Positions 1 to 6,945 are shown, counted from the stretch's first letter. The stretch: 17,535 nucleotides of DNA from Halogeometricum borinquense DSM 11551 (GCF_000172995.2 NC_014737.1:1-17535), one strand, 5' to 3'. The notes: generated by a model from the sequence alone, not told the origin. Numbers and translations are program-made.

Positions 1-49
1 TTTTCGAACTGAACCGGGTCCGAGATTTTCAGTCGGCTGAGAGGATATT

Positions 50-144
50 CGCGCGCGCGTAGCACAGGACTGGTAGGGAGTTATCCCGGGGGGAGGGTGT
101 TATAGCGCGCGCATTTCGCGCATATACGCGCGTTAGGTGTTATA
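50..144. repeat. Non-coding patch with three alternating pyrimidine/purine (CG/TA) tracts and a 9-bp direct repeat GGTGTTATA
   Basis: Read directly. CGCGCGCGCGTA (50-61), GCGCGCGCAT (105-114) and CGCGCATATACGCGCGT (117-133) strictly alternate Py/Pu. GGTGTTATA occurs at 96-104 and 136-144. No credible ORF covers the region. Confidence 0.6.
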
Positions 145-203
145 CTACTGGAATACTGGAGAATAGCGGTCAGAGAGAGCCACTTCTCTCACAGAACAGA
201 CAG

Positions 204-266
204 TTTTTCGCTCGATTTTCTTTTTCTTCTTCTTTCTTTTCTCGCTGACTCGCTCTTTCTCTCGTC
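204..266 (+). repeat. Polypyrimidine (T/C) tract with a 28-nt pure pyrimidine core at 216-243
   Basis: Read directly: TTTTCTTTTTCTTCTTCTTTCTTTTCTC at 216-243, flanked by further T/C-rich sequence. It stands out against the GC-rich background. A small hairpin GAGAGA/TCTCTC (173-178/185-190) and a T5 run (204-208) lie just upstream. Confidence 0.7.
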
Positions 267-484
267 GAGGACGGACGCGCTCGCTGGTCGCGCGTGCAGC
301 TGGCGCTCGCGGTCGCGCTGCTCGCCCAGCCGCTCGGGCACGATCACGTCGGCGCGGGTGAGCGCGGACGTCCAGGAGGGCGGGCACGCCCGCGATTGCC
401 GCGCCGGCGAGCACACGCACGCTCTTCGTGGACGCGTCGCTCGGGAGCGAACGTGTACACACGGACGGGCGCGAAAAGGCGCGC

Positions 485-1663
485 TCAGGCGTACGAGACC
501 TTCAGCGTCATGTCGATGGGCGACGGGATGTGAGCCGCCTTCACTGGCGGGTACTGGAACTCCGACTCGCTGAAGGGCATGAACATCCCGACGTCGCGGG
601 AGGACATGATGTCGTCCTCCATCGGCACGCGCCGGAAGCCGACGACGTCGCCCGAGTTCGTCGGGTTCGCGGTGCCGTTCATCGTCACGCGCCAGCGGAT
701 CTTCCGGCGGATCATCGAGTGGATGTCGGCCTCGCTGTGCCCGAACGCGAAGATGGAGTGGCCGTACTTCCGCGCGTCCACCCAGCAGTCCTTGAGGAGT
801 TCGACCTTCTGGTAGTGAGCGTACTCGTCGTTCCGTGCGGCCTCGGGCGCGATGTCGCCGATCTCGTCGAACATGATGGACGACCAGTGGTGCGGCCCTT
901 CGGCGATGCGGGCGTGCATCCAGCCGAACCACCAGTGGTTGAGCGGGTCGTCCTCGCTGAACTCCAGGCCGTCGTACTGCTTCTCCTGGTCGTTCTCGTA
1001 GATTTCCTGAAGCCGGCGCATCTTCGGGTCTGGGTAGACGACGTGGAACTGACCGGGCTTCAGGAGGTCGTGGTTGAGGTGGACAGGGTCGCGGTACCGG
1101 ACGACCTCGCGGACGATCTCCTCCAGGTCCACCTCGAACCCTTCCTGCGTCGGGTCCTTCGGCACGAACCGCGCCTCGATGTCCACGCCCTTGGGCAGGC
1201 AGACCCGCGCCCAGGGCGCGAACGGCAGCCACTCCGAGCGCGACGTCGAGGCGCGCCAGATGACCTTCTCGTTGTTCGCCTCCATCAGGCGCACGGCCAG
1301 CCAGAGAGCGAGGTTCGACTTCCCCGAACCCGGCGGGCCGACAGCCAGCCAGTCGGTACCGCCGACCGACAGCTGGTGATCGTCCGGGTCCCAGTCGTGG
1401 AAGATGATGTTCGGCAGGAGCTTCTTCCGCAGCTTCCGCTCCCCGGCTTCGGCGTAGGCCTTCCCCTCTGCCTCTTCCTCGGTGTAGGTGGCGTCCCACT
1501 CCATCTTCGGGATGCCGAACGCCCGCTTGATGTCCCAGAAGTCGTCGTGACACCGCTGGTCGCCGGTGTACTGCTTCGACGTCGTGTGCGGGTCGGGGAA
1601 CTCCGCCAGGATCTCTTCCTTGCGCTTCGTCTCGGTGGTGTCGGTGGGGTTCTGTGTGCTCAT
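485..1663 (-). CDS. P-loop NTPase of unassigned family; last gene of the four-gene operon
   Basis: 392-aa acidic ORF with high GC3. The ATG at 1663 overlaps the upstream stop (ATGA). Walker A GPPGSGKS is at nt 1316-1339. A Walker B-like SSIMFDEIGD is at about nt 863-877, roughly 150 aa downstream. No TM segment or second recognisable domain. Confidence 0.85.
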   Translation of the reverse strand: MSTQNPTDTTETKRKEEILAEFPDPHTTSKQYTGDQRCHDDFWDIKRAFGIPKMEWDATYTEEEAEGKAYAEAGERKLRKKLLPNIIFHDWDPDDHQLSVGGTDWLAVGPPGSGKSNLALWLAVRLMEANNEKVIWRASTSRSEWLPFAPWARVCLPKGVDIEARFVPKDPTQEGFEVDLEEIVREVVRYRDPVHLNHDLLKPGQFHVVYPDPKMRRLQEIYENDQEKQYDGLEFSEDDPLNHWWFGWMHARIAEGPHHWSSIMFDEIGDIAPEAARNDEYAHYQKVELLKDCWVDARKYGHSIFAFGHSEADIHSMIRRKIRWRVTMNGTANPTNSGDVVGFRRVPMEDDIMSSRDVGMFMPFSESEFQYPPVKAAHIPSPIDMTLKVSYA

Positions 1664-2463
1664 ACGCTGATGTGGTCGCCAACGTCGCCGTTCTCGTCTT
1701 CCTCTTCCTCACTCGTCTCCTCGCCGGCGCGGTCCACGAGCTTGCGTACGCCCGCGTTGAAGGCCGGGAGCAACTGCACCGCGACGAGGCTCTTCCGGAA
1801 CCACGCGCTCCCCTTCCCGTCGTTGAGACTGTACTCCATCGACGGGTCACTCAGGAGGTTGTCCCGAGAGACCCGGTCGCTCATCCGCAGGCCCGTGATG
1901 ACGTCGCGGTCGATCTGGCCGTACGACGCGCCGATCAGGCCGCGGACCCAGTCGAGGAGCTCCTCCTCGTCCTCGAAGCCCCCGAGGACGTCCTCGATGG
2001 TCTCCCGCTGGCGTTCGTGCAGCTCCTCCAGCGCAGGGCGCAACGCCACCGGGTCGGTCGCCCGCGTCACTGGCCGGTCCTCGGGGCGGACGTACTCGTT
2101 CGCGTTCTTCCGTAGCTTCCGGTAGGACTGCCTGAACGCCGGAAGGAGGAACGTCTCCTCGAACCCCAGACGGAACCTCTTCGCGGTCTGGAGGTCGGTC
2201 GGTTCGTCGAGGAGCGTGTTGTGCCGGTCGGGGCCGACGATGAGGCACGCCTTCGAGTTGCTCTCGACGAACGCATCGGTGAGGTCCTCGTCGGGGAAGC
2301 AACCGAGCGTCGCCACCGAGACCTCCTGAAGCCAGAACAGCAGATCCTCGGACGACTCGAAGCCGTCCCGGAGGCGGGTGACGAGGTCGTCGTGGTCGGC
2401 CTCCAGCTTGCTCAGCGCCGGGCGCGACGTCGAGGCGATCTCCCGGTCGGTGTCGGAACTCAT
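1660..2463 (-). CDS. Acidic hypothetical protein, paralog A (internally duplicated ~125-aa module)
   Basis: 267-aa ORF. Its start overlaps the upstream stop and its stop overlaps the NTPase start. It is a clear paralog of 2460-3248, sharing RPAL..LE..HDDLV..LR.GF, LGC, ELLDW, GQID, LLPAFNAGVRKLV and the C-terminus EEEED..GDHI[S/D]V. Internal repeat: RPAL at aa 14 and 142; LLPAF at aa 106 and 231. Confidence 0.8.
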   Translation of the reverse strand: MSSDTDREIASTSRPALSKLEADHDDLVTRLRDGFESSEDLLFWLQEVSVATLGCFPDEDLTDAFVESNSKACLIVGPDRHNTLLDEPTDLQTAKRFRLGFEETFLLPAFRQSYRKLRKNANEYVRPEDRPVTRATDPVALRPALEELHERQRETIEDVLGGFEDEEELLDWVRGLIGASYGQIDRDVITGLRMSDRVSRDNLLSDPSMEYSLNDGKGSAWFRKSLVAVQLLPAFNAGVRKLVDRAGEETSEEEEDENGDVGDHISV

Positions 2464-3248
2464 ACGTCGATGTGGTCTCCCGCGCTCTGGTCGTCCTCTT
2501 CCTCTTCGACGGTGTCCTCGCCAGCCTTCCCAACGAGCTTGCGTACGCCCGCGTTGAACGCCGGCAGCAGGAACTCGAAGGCGAACAACTGGCGGGTCTT
2601 CCGGGCCGCGCTGGGGTCCTCGAACTCGTCGAGGAGCACCTCCTGCGTGACGCGGCTCTCCTTGAAGGCGCGCACCTGGAACTCCGAGTCGATCTGGCCG
2701 AACGTCGCGCCGTTCAGGTCGCGGAGCCAGTCCAAGAGCTCAGGCTTCCCGCCTTCGATACCGTCGAGGAGTTGAGACAGCGTCTCCTTCTGCCGCTCCT
2801 CCAGGTGATCCAGCGCCGGGCGCATCGCTATGAACTGCTCGTCGGCGACGGTGACGGTGTCGTCCTTGTCGTCACCGAAATACTCGCCGGCGCTCCCCCT
2901 GAGCTTCCGGAACGCCGACCGCGTCGCCGGGAGAACGTAGGTCGCCTCCACCAGCAGACGGAACTCTTCGGCGGCCTCCAGGCTCACCGTGTCGTGCCCG
3001 TACCTCTCGCGCTCAGGCGACGTGATCAGCGTGGACCAGAGGACGCGCTCGTTCCCGAACTGCTGGTAGAGGCCGTCGTCGAGGCACCCGAGCGTCCGCA
3101 TGGAGAGCCGCTGGCACCAGAAGATGACCTCGTCCAGTGAGTCGAACCCCGCGCGGAGTTCAGCAACGAGATCGTCGTGCTCCTCCTCCAGCCGGCGCAG
3201 CGCAGGCCGACCGAAGTCCTTCCGACTGGGCGCGCTCTCGCTGCTCAT
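2460..3248 (-). CDS. Acidic hypothetical protein, paralog B (internally duplicated ~125-aa module)
   Basis: 262-aa ORF with ATGA overlaps at both ends. It has the same motif set as paralog A. RPAL is at aa 14 and 143; VLPATRSAFRKLR and LLPAFNAGVRKLV end the two halves. The C-terminus is EEEEDDQSAGDHIDV. Confidence 0.8.
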   Translation of the reverse strand: MSSESAPSRKDFGRPALRRLEEEHDDLVAELRAGFDSLDEVIFWCQRLSMRTLGCLDDGLYQQFGNERVLWSTLITSPERERYGHDTVSLEAAEEFRLLVEATYVLPATRSAFRKLRGSAGEYFGDDKDDTVTVADEQFIAMRPALDHLEERQKETLSQLLDGIEGGKPELLDWLRDLNGATFGQIDSEFQVRAFKESRVTQEVLLDEFEDPSAARKTRQLFAFEFLLPAFNAGVRKLVGKAGEDTVEEEEDDQSAGDHIDV

Positions 3249-4420
3249 CGGCCACCCTCCAGTTCGGTCAGCAGCGCGTCCAGCCGCTCCGAGTCGTACT
3301 TGTCCGGCGTGAAGTCCATCGCCTCCAGGAGGCCGTCGAAGCCCTCGGGGCGCTCCCAGCCAGCCGCTGCGAGGACGGCGTCCCAGAGCGTGACGAACTC
3401 CTTCAGTTGGTCGTCCTCGTCGATAGCGAACTCGTCACCGGCGTTCTCGTAGTAGGTCTGGATGATGACCGGGTTCGGCATCAGTTCCTGGACGTCGTGG
3501 AACTCCTCGAACCCGATGTCGGTCTTGTCGATGTCGTCCCGCAGCGCCCACACCAGCACCTTCGAGAGGTCCTCGTAGAGCTGGTCGAAGTTCATCGGGA
3601 TGGACTGCGGGATCGGCGTCGCCATCATCGACCCCTCGATGAGCGGGCTCACCCGACGCTGGTGCTCGGGGAGGTCCATGTCCTCGTCGAACTCGGGGAT
3701 ATCCTCTTCGGGCGCATCCTGCGCGCGCAGGTTCTCCGCGCGGTCGCGCATCATCGCCTCGAAGGCCGCCTCGCCCGGGTTCTCGCGGTCCGGGTCGAAG
3801 TACGGGCTGTCCATCATCATCTCGTCGGTGAGCCCGTAATCCTTCTCGCGGGCGAGGACGCTCTGCTCCTCCAGCGAGAGCTTCTCACCTTCCTCGTAGC
3901 GCTCCTCCAGTTCCTCCGACGTCGTCCGGCTCTCGACCTCGACGTCGAAGGTGACGTCCACCTCGACGTGGTCTCCGTGGCCGCGGGCGAACTCCTTCTC
4001 GGCGTCCTCGATGGCGCGCTCCAGGACGTTCCCGAAGCCACGCTCCAGGCCAACCGACTTCAGTCCGAGGTAGACGAACTTGAAGAGCCGGCGCAGCGCG
4101 ACGCTGGAGGTGCCGTTCACCCAGCCATCGCGCACCTTCTCGAAGACCGGGCGACGTTCGTCCTCGGGAAGCTTCGCCAGGTAGTCGAAGTCGAGGATTG
4201 CGTTGTAGACCCGTTCACGGATGCGTGAGCGCCGCTTCCGGGCGGTCTGTTCGGTGAGGTCCAGCGAGCCCTCGGGGTGGGTGAGGTACTCGCGGTCAGC
4301 GGTCGTGAGGATGCCGCGGGGCCGATCCAGTTCTTCCTCCAGGCGCGACTGTGCGTCTCGGTCGCCCGCGTCCTCCGGTGGTTCTGTCATACTCATTTTG
4401 GTGTGACGCCCTTCCGTCAC
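3245..4420 (-). CDS. Acidic hypothetical protein with an N-terminal putative DNA-binding motif; first gene of the operon
   Basis: 391-aa ORF with high GC3. The N-terminal ILTTADREYLTHPEG...ARKRRSRIRERVYNAILDFDYL resembles a motif I recall at the N-termini of haloarchaeal putative regulators (recollection only). GTG at 4420 gives the longest ORF; ATGs at 4396 and 4390 are alternative starts. A TATA-like TTATAAAA on the minus strand (4440-4447) sits 20-27 nt upstream of 4420. Confidence 0.8.
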   Translation of the reverse strand: MTEGRHTKMSMTEPPEDAGDRDAQSRLEEELDRPRGILTTADREYLTHPEGSLDLTEQTARKRRSRIRERVYNAILDFDYLAKLPEDERRPVFEKVRDGWVNGTSSVALRRLFKFVYLGLKSVGLERGFGNVLERAIEDAEKEFARGHGDHVEVDVTFDVEVESRTTSEELEERYEEGEKLSLEEQSVLAREKDYGLTDEMMMDSPYFDPDRENPGEAAFEAMMRDRAENLRAQDAPEEDIPEFDEDMDLPEHQRRVSPLIEGSMMATPIPQSIPMNFDQLYEDLSKVLVWALRDDIDKTDIGFEEFHDVQELMPNPVIIQTYYENAGDEFAIDEDDQLKEFVTLWDAVLAAAGWERPEGFDGLLEAMDFTPDKYDSERLDALLTELEGGR

Positions 4421-4439
4421 AATAGTATTTCTCCCGTAC

Positions 4440-4447
4440 TTTTATAA
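4440..4447. promoter_or_regulatory. Palindrome-like TATA box TTTTATAA in a divergent intergenic region
   Basis: An AT-rich octamer in a GC-rich context. It is positioned correctly for the minus-strand operon start (4420/4396). It could also fire rightward, with a TSS near 4470-4475. Confidence 0.4.
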
Positions 4448-4524
4448 TATGGGGGTACGATAGGCGAGAGTAGAGGTGAACTCGACGGACTCACGGCTAC
4501 GAAGGTAACTTCGCCAGAAAGGCG

Positions 4525-4687
4525 CGAGGGAAGGTGTCCTGGCAGACTGCTTCCCTCGAACCAAACGCGACTGGGTGAGAGTCGCGGTGGTGAACTCGGG
4601 ACGGACCTACGGCGTGGTCTTGGTCCTACCGAGAACGTGGAGGCCCGCAGGCTTAAAACTGCGGGCTTCTGTGACGATATTCGTCAC
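4525..4687 (+). other. Hairpin-rich non-coding leader or candidate sRNA upstream of 4811
   Basis: Four consecutive perfect stems, read directly: CGAGGGAAG/CTTCCCTCG (4525-4533/4550-4558); CGCGACT/AGTCGCG (4566-4572/4580-4586); GCCCGCAG/CTGCGGGC (4643-4650/4659-4666); GTGACGA-TAT-TCGTCAC (4671-4687). The ORFs here (4575-4814 +, 4607-4933 -) are basic and not coding-like. Confidence 0.35.
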
Positions 4688-4810
4688 GTTCACGGTTCCT
4701 TTCTCATCCGGTCGGAGGAACGCCCCGCGCCTGGAAGACTGGGCATCCACCGACCACACGATGCAAACCCGATCTAACGTACACGAACGGCCCGAAGGCG
4801 GTGATTCGGC

Positions 4811-5074
4811 GTGAGCGTGCGCCGGCTCACCGTAGACGAAGCCGCGCAGCGCAACTGGGACGACCCGGAGGCTCTCGAAGAGCTCCACGTCCGCCGTGGG
4901 TGGGCTCCCGCCGACATCGCGCGGAAGTTCCAAACCGACGCGGCCACCGTCCGAGAAGAACTGAAGCGCCAGAACCTCTTCCAGAAGGACCAGTCGCTCC
5001 CCCCGAAGCAGGGGTTGGCCCGGAAACTCTGGGAGATGGGCACCGACCCGGATGCGGGTGGTGAGAAAGCGTGA
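4811..5074 (+). CDS. Small putative helix-turn-helix protein
   Basis: 87-aa ORF with a GTG start and high GC3. The segment WAPADIARKFQTDAATVREELKR looks like an HTH. Its stop overlaps the next gene's start (GTGA). Confidence 0.65.
   Translation: MSVRRLTVDEAAQRNWDDPEALEELHVRRGWAPADIARKFQTDAATVREELKRQNLFQKDQSLPPKQGLARKLWEMGTDPDAGGEKA
5047..5058 (+). repeat. Copy 1 of the 12-mer CCCGGATGCGGG
   Basis: Exact match inside the 3' end of CDS 4811-5074 (codons D-P-D-A-G). The extended 15-mer CCCGGATGCGGGTGG is the exact reverse complement of 12120-12134. Confidence 0.9.
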
Positions 5075-5313
5075 GCGCCGGAACCTCTCCGAGCGGGTCC
5101 GTCGCGGAGATCGTCGAGGACCTCGGCGGCACCGACACCGTCACCGTGGACCTCCCCGGCGTCGTCGTCGAGGCCGTGGACGCCGCCTGCTGCGCTGCTC
5201 TCGGCTGCCGCGTCAGCGAACCGCTCTCCCGAGTCACCATCGACGGGTTCGGCACTCGCGTCCTCTGTCCCGATCACGTGGAACACCTCATCGAACGCGA
5301 GGTCGAAGCATGA
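5071..5313 (+). CDS. Small acidic Cys-containing protein (possible metal-binding)
   Basis: 80-aa ORF with a GTG start, preceded by GGTGGTGA (5057-5064) at 6-nt spacing. Cysteine pattern: CC..LGC ... CPDH. Confidence 0.6.
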   Translation: MSAGTSPSGSVAEIVEDLGGTDTVTVDLPGVVVEAVDAACCAALGCRVSEPLSRVTIDGFGTRVLCPDHVEHLIEREVEA

Positions 5314-5336
5314 GGTTCAGGCGCGGACACCCTACG

Positions 5337-5343
5337 TTTATAA
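5337..5343 (+). promoter_or_regulatory. TATA-like box TTTATAA
   Basis: The only AT-rich heptamer in the 5314-5629 gap. It would place a TSS near 5368-5372, about 260 nt upstream of the 5630 start. Confidence 0.35.
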
Positions 5344-5405
5344 CGACTGCGCGGAAAGACACGCGAAAAGCAAGGCTAACCAATCAGCGCCTGACAGAAG
5401 CCGGT

Positions 5406-5527
5406 TCGGGGTGGTCGGTTCCACCCCGAAGGTTGGACACCTACGGCTTCTGTCGGCACCGACGTAAACTTACCGCCTCGCCCTTAGAGGCGGGTCTGCG
5501 TCTCGGTGCTGGCGTCGTTGTACGACG
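5406..5527 (+). other. Hairpin-rich non-coding leader or candidate sRNA upstream of 5630
   Basis: Perfect stems, read directly: TCGGGGTGG/CCACCCCGA (5406-5414/5421-5429); GTCGG-CA-CCGAC (5452-5463); CCGCCTC/GAGGCGG (5473-5479/5487-5493); CGTCGT-TGT-ACGACG (5513-5527). It shares CCTACGGC and GGCTTCTGT-plus-palindrome with the 4421-4810 leader. Confidence 0.35.
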
Positions 5528-5629
5528 TCGGGTGCTCGCCGAAACGACACCCATCATGAACGACACCAGCGACGACCACCACGACGAACAGGCCAACGAC
5601 CGAGCACCAGCCGCACGGGTGAGCTACTG

Positions 5630-6943
5630 ATGGCAGGCGACGAGGTGCCGGACGTCGAAGCAGGGACCGAGGAACTCCTCGACGAGGCCGAAGAGATCGA
5701 CAGCGACGACGGGATGACCGCTCGGATGCGCCGGGAGAACCAACTCCTCGGGCGTGCCGTGGACTACGTGGCCGCCTGGAGCGAGGACGGCGCGATCTCC
5801 AGCGCGAACGCGAACGCGCTCGCCGATGCGCTCGCCAGCGAACTCGCGCACTACACGAAGACCGACATCAAGGACGAGTTCACCGACGTCTTCGTGGACG
5901 ACGGGAGCGGGGCGAACGGCATCCCGTTCGACGAACTCATCGAGCAGCGCCTCCAGGAGGTGAAGGTCGTCTCCACGACCGACGCGAAGCAGGGCCTCGT
6001 CTGGCGCTGGCACTTCAGCGACGGCGTGCAGCTGGAGACCGAGAAGTCGAAGGACGAAGGGCGGAAGCACTACGACTGGACCGCCTGGAAGGAGGACTAC
6101 TTCGAGGCGCTCATCAGCCTCGGGAAGGGCGAGCGCATCGCCCCGCCCTCCCGTGAGCGCCGGGACAGCAACGACTGGAAGGAGTTCCTCAGCGAGATCC
6201 TCCTCGACCGGGCCGAGACTGTTGAGCACGTCGGCCCGCGCACCGAAGCGGTCGAACATCTCCGCGACTACGTGAACCGCCAGACGGCGTACGCCGACGT
6301 GAAGGATATGCGCGACCGGCAGGGGATCTGGATGGACGCACCACCAGCCGACGACGACGGCGAAGCCGCCACCGACGGCGGTGGACCGTCCCAGATCCGC
6401 GTCCCCACCCAGGCCGTGAAGCGCATCTGCGACCAGGCGGGCATCGAGACCCGTGCGCTCCAGATCGAACTGGACGCCCGCAGCGAGACTCTACCCGACG
6501 TCGCCGGCGTCTCCGACTACGAGTACGTGGACGGCCAGCGCGTCTCCTTCTGGTGCCTCGACGCCGGCTTCGCCGAACCCGCCGAGTTCGTCGAGGAGCC
6601 CGAGAGCCCCGCCGAACAGGCGGCGCGGGAGCAGGAGGAAGAGGCCGAAGAGGCCCAGACCGACGTCGGCGCGGTGGATGACAAGGACGACTCGGACGGC
6701 ACCGAGAGCGAACAGGAGACCGACGACGTCACCGAGGACGGCGACGAGGGCGACGAGGACGCCCACGACGGCCCCGCCACGTCCGACGAGACCGAGAGCG
6801 CAGAGGACGACGTGGACGGCCACACGGAGGACGAGAGGCCGCCTGAGGACGCACCGGACGACGGACCAGCGAACGACTTCGAGTCGGGGATCACCGGCGG
6901 CTTCGGGATCGACCCGGACGACGACGACGAGGGAGGTGAGTGA
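5630..6943 (+). CDS. Hypothetical protein with an extremely acidic, low-complexity C-terminal tail; first large gene of the replication operon
   Basis: 437-aa ORF. The ATG overlaps the stop of a 24-codon upstream mini-ORF (TGATG). GGGTGA lies 7 nt upstream. About the last 120 aa are almost entirely D/E/T/G/P/A. No recognisable catalytic motif. Confidence 0.85.
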   Translation: MAGDEVPDVEAGTEELLDEAEEIDSDDGMTARMRRENQLLGRAVDYVAAWSEDGAISSANANALADALASELAHYTKTDIKDEFTDVFVDDGSGANGIPFDELIEQRLQEVKVVSTTDAKQGLVWRWHFSDGVQLETEKSKDEGRKHYDWTAWKEDYFEALISLGKGERIAPPSRERRDSNDWKEFLSEILLDRAETVEHVGPRTEAVEHLRDYVNRQTAYADVKDMRDRQGIWMDAPPADDDGEAATDGGGPSQIRVPTQAVKRICDQAGIETRALQIELDARSETLPDVAGVSDYEYVDGQRVSFWCLDAGFAEPAEFVEEPESPAEQAAREQEEEAEEAQTDVGAVDDKDDSDGTESEQETDDVTEDGDEGDEDAHDGPATSDETESAEDDVDGHTEDERPPEDAPDDGPANDFESGITGGFGIDPDDDDEGGE

Positions 6944-6945
6944 GC

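Noticed and set aside
284-484. GC-rich 200-nt stretch downstream of the NTPase gene that looks coding-like in several frames (for example ADVIVPERLGEQRDRERQLHA on the minus strand)
   Set aside because: It could be a decayed gene remnant. There is no intact ORF with a plausible start, the frames are ambiguous, and I recognise no motif. Calling it a pseudogene would need a BLASTX hit.
461-484. GC hairpin (GCGCG-CCTTTT-CGCGC on the minus strand) immediately after the NTPase stop, considered as a terminator
   Set aside because: It has only a 5-bp stem, and the T-run lies in the loop rather than downstream. Haloarchaeal termination mostly relies on oligo-T tracts, so the support is too weak.
189-2125. 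Very long ORFs 189-1850 (-, 553 aa) and 428-2125 (+, 565 aa) overlapping the NTPase and paralog genes
   Set aside because: These are shadow ORFs typical of high-GC DNA. Their products are rich in Arg, Pro, Gly and Val, basic and low-complexity. That is unlike the acidic proteome of the frames I accepted, which also carry recognisable motifs and coupled start/stop overlaps.
485-4420. Interpretation of the NTPase operon as a pleolipovirus-type provirus morphogenesis cluster
   Set aside because: Pleolipovirus cores pair their NTPase with membrane and spike proteins. No accepted CDS in this window has TM segments or a large secreted protein, so the provirus reading is unsupported.
4575-4933. ORFs 4575-4814 (+) and 4607-4933 (-) in the divergent intergenic region
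   Set aside because: Their composition is basic and irregular, and they overlap the hairpin array and the 4811 CDS. Non-coding structure explains them better.
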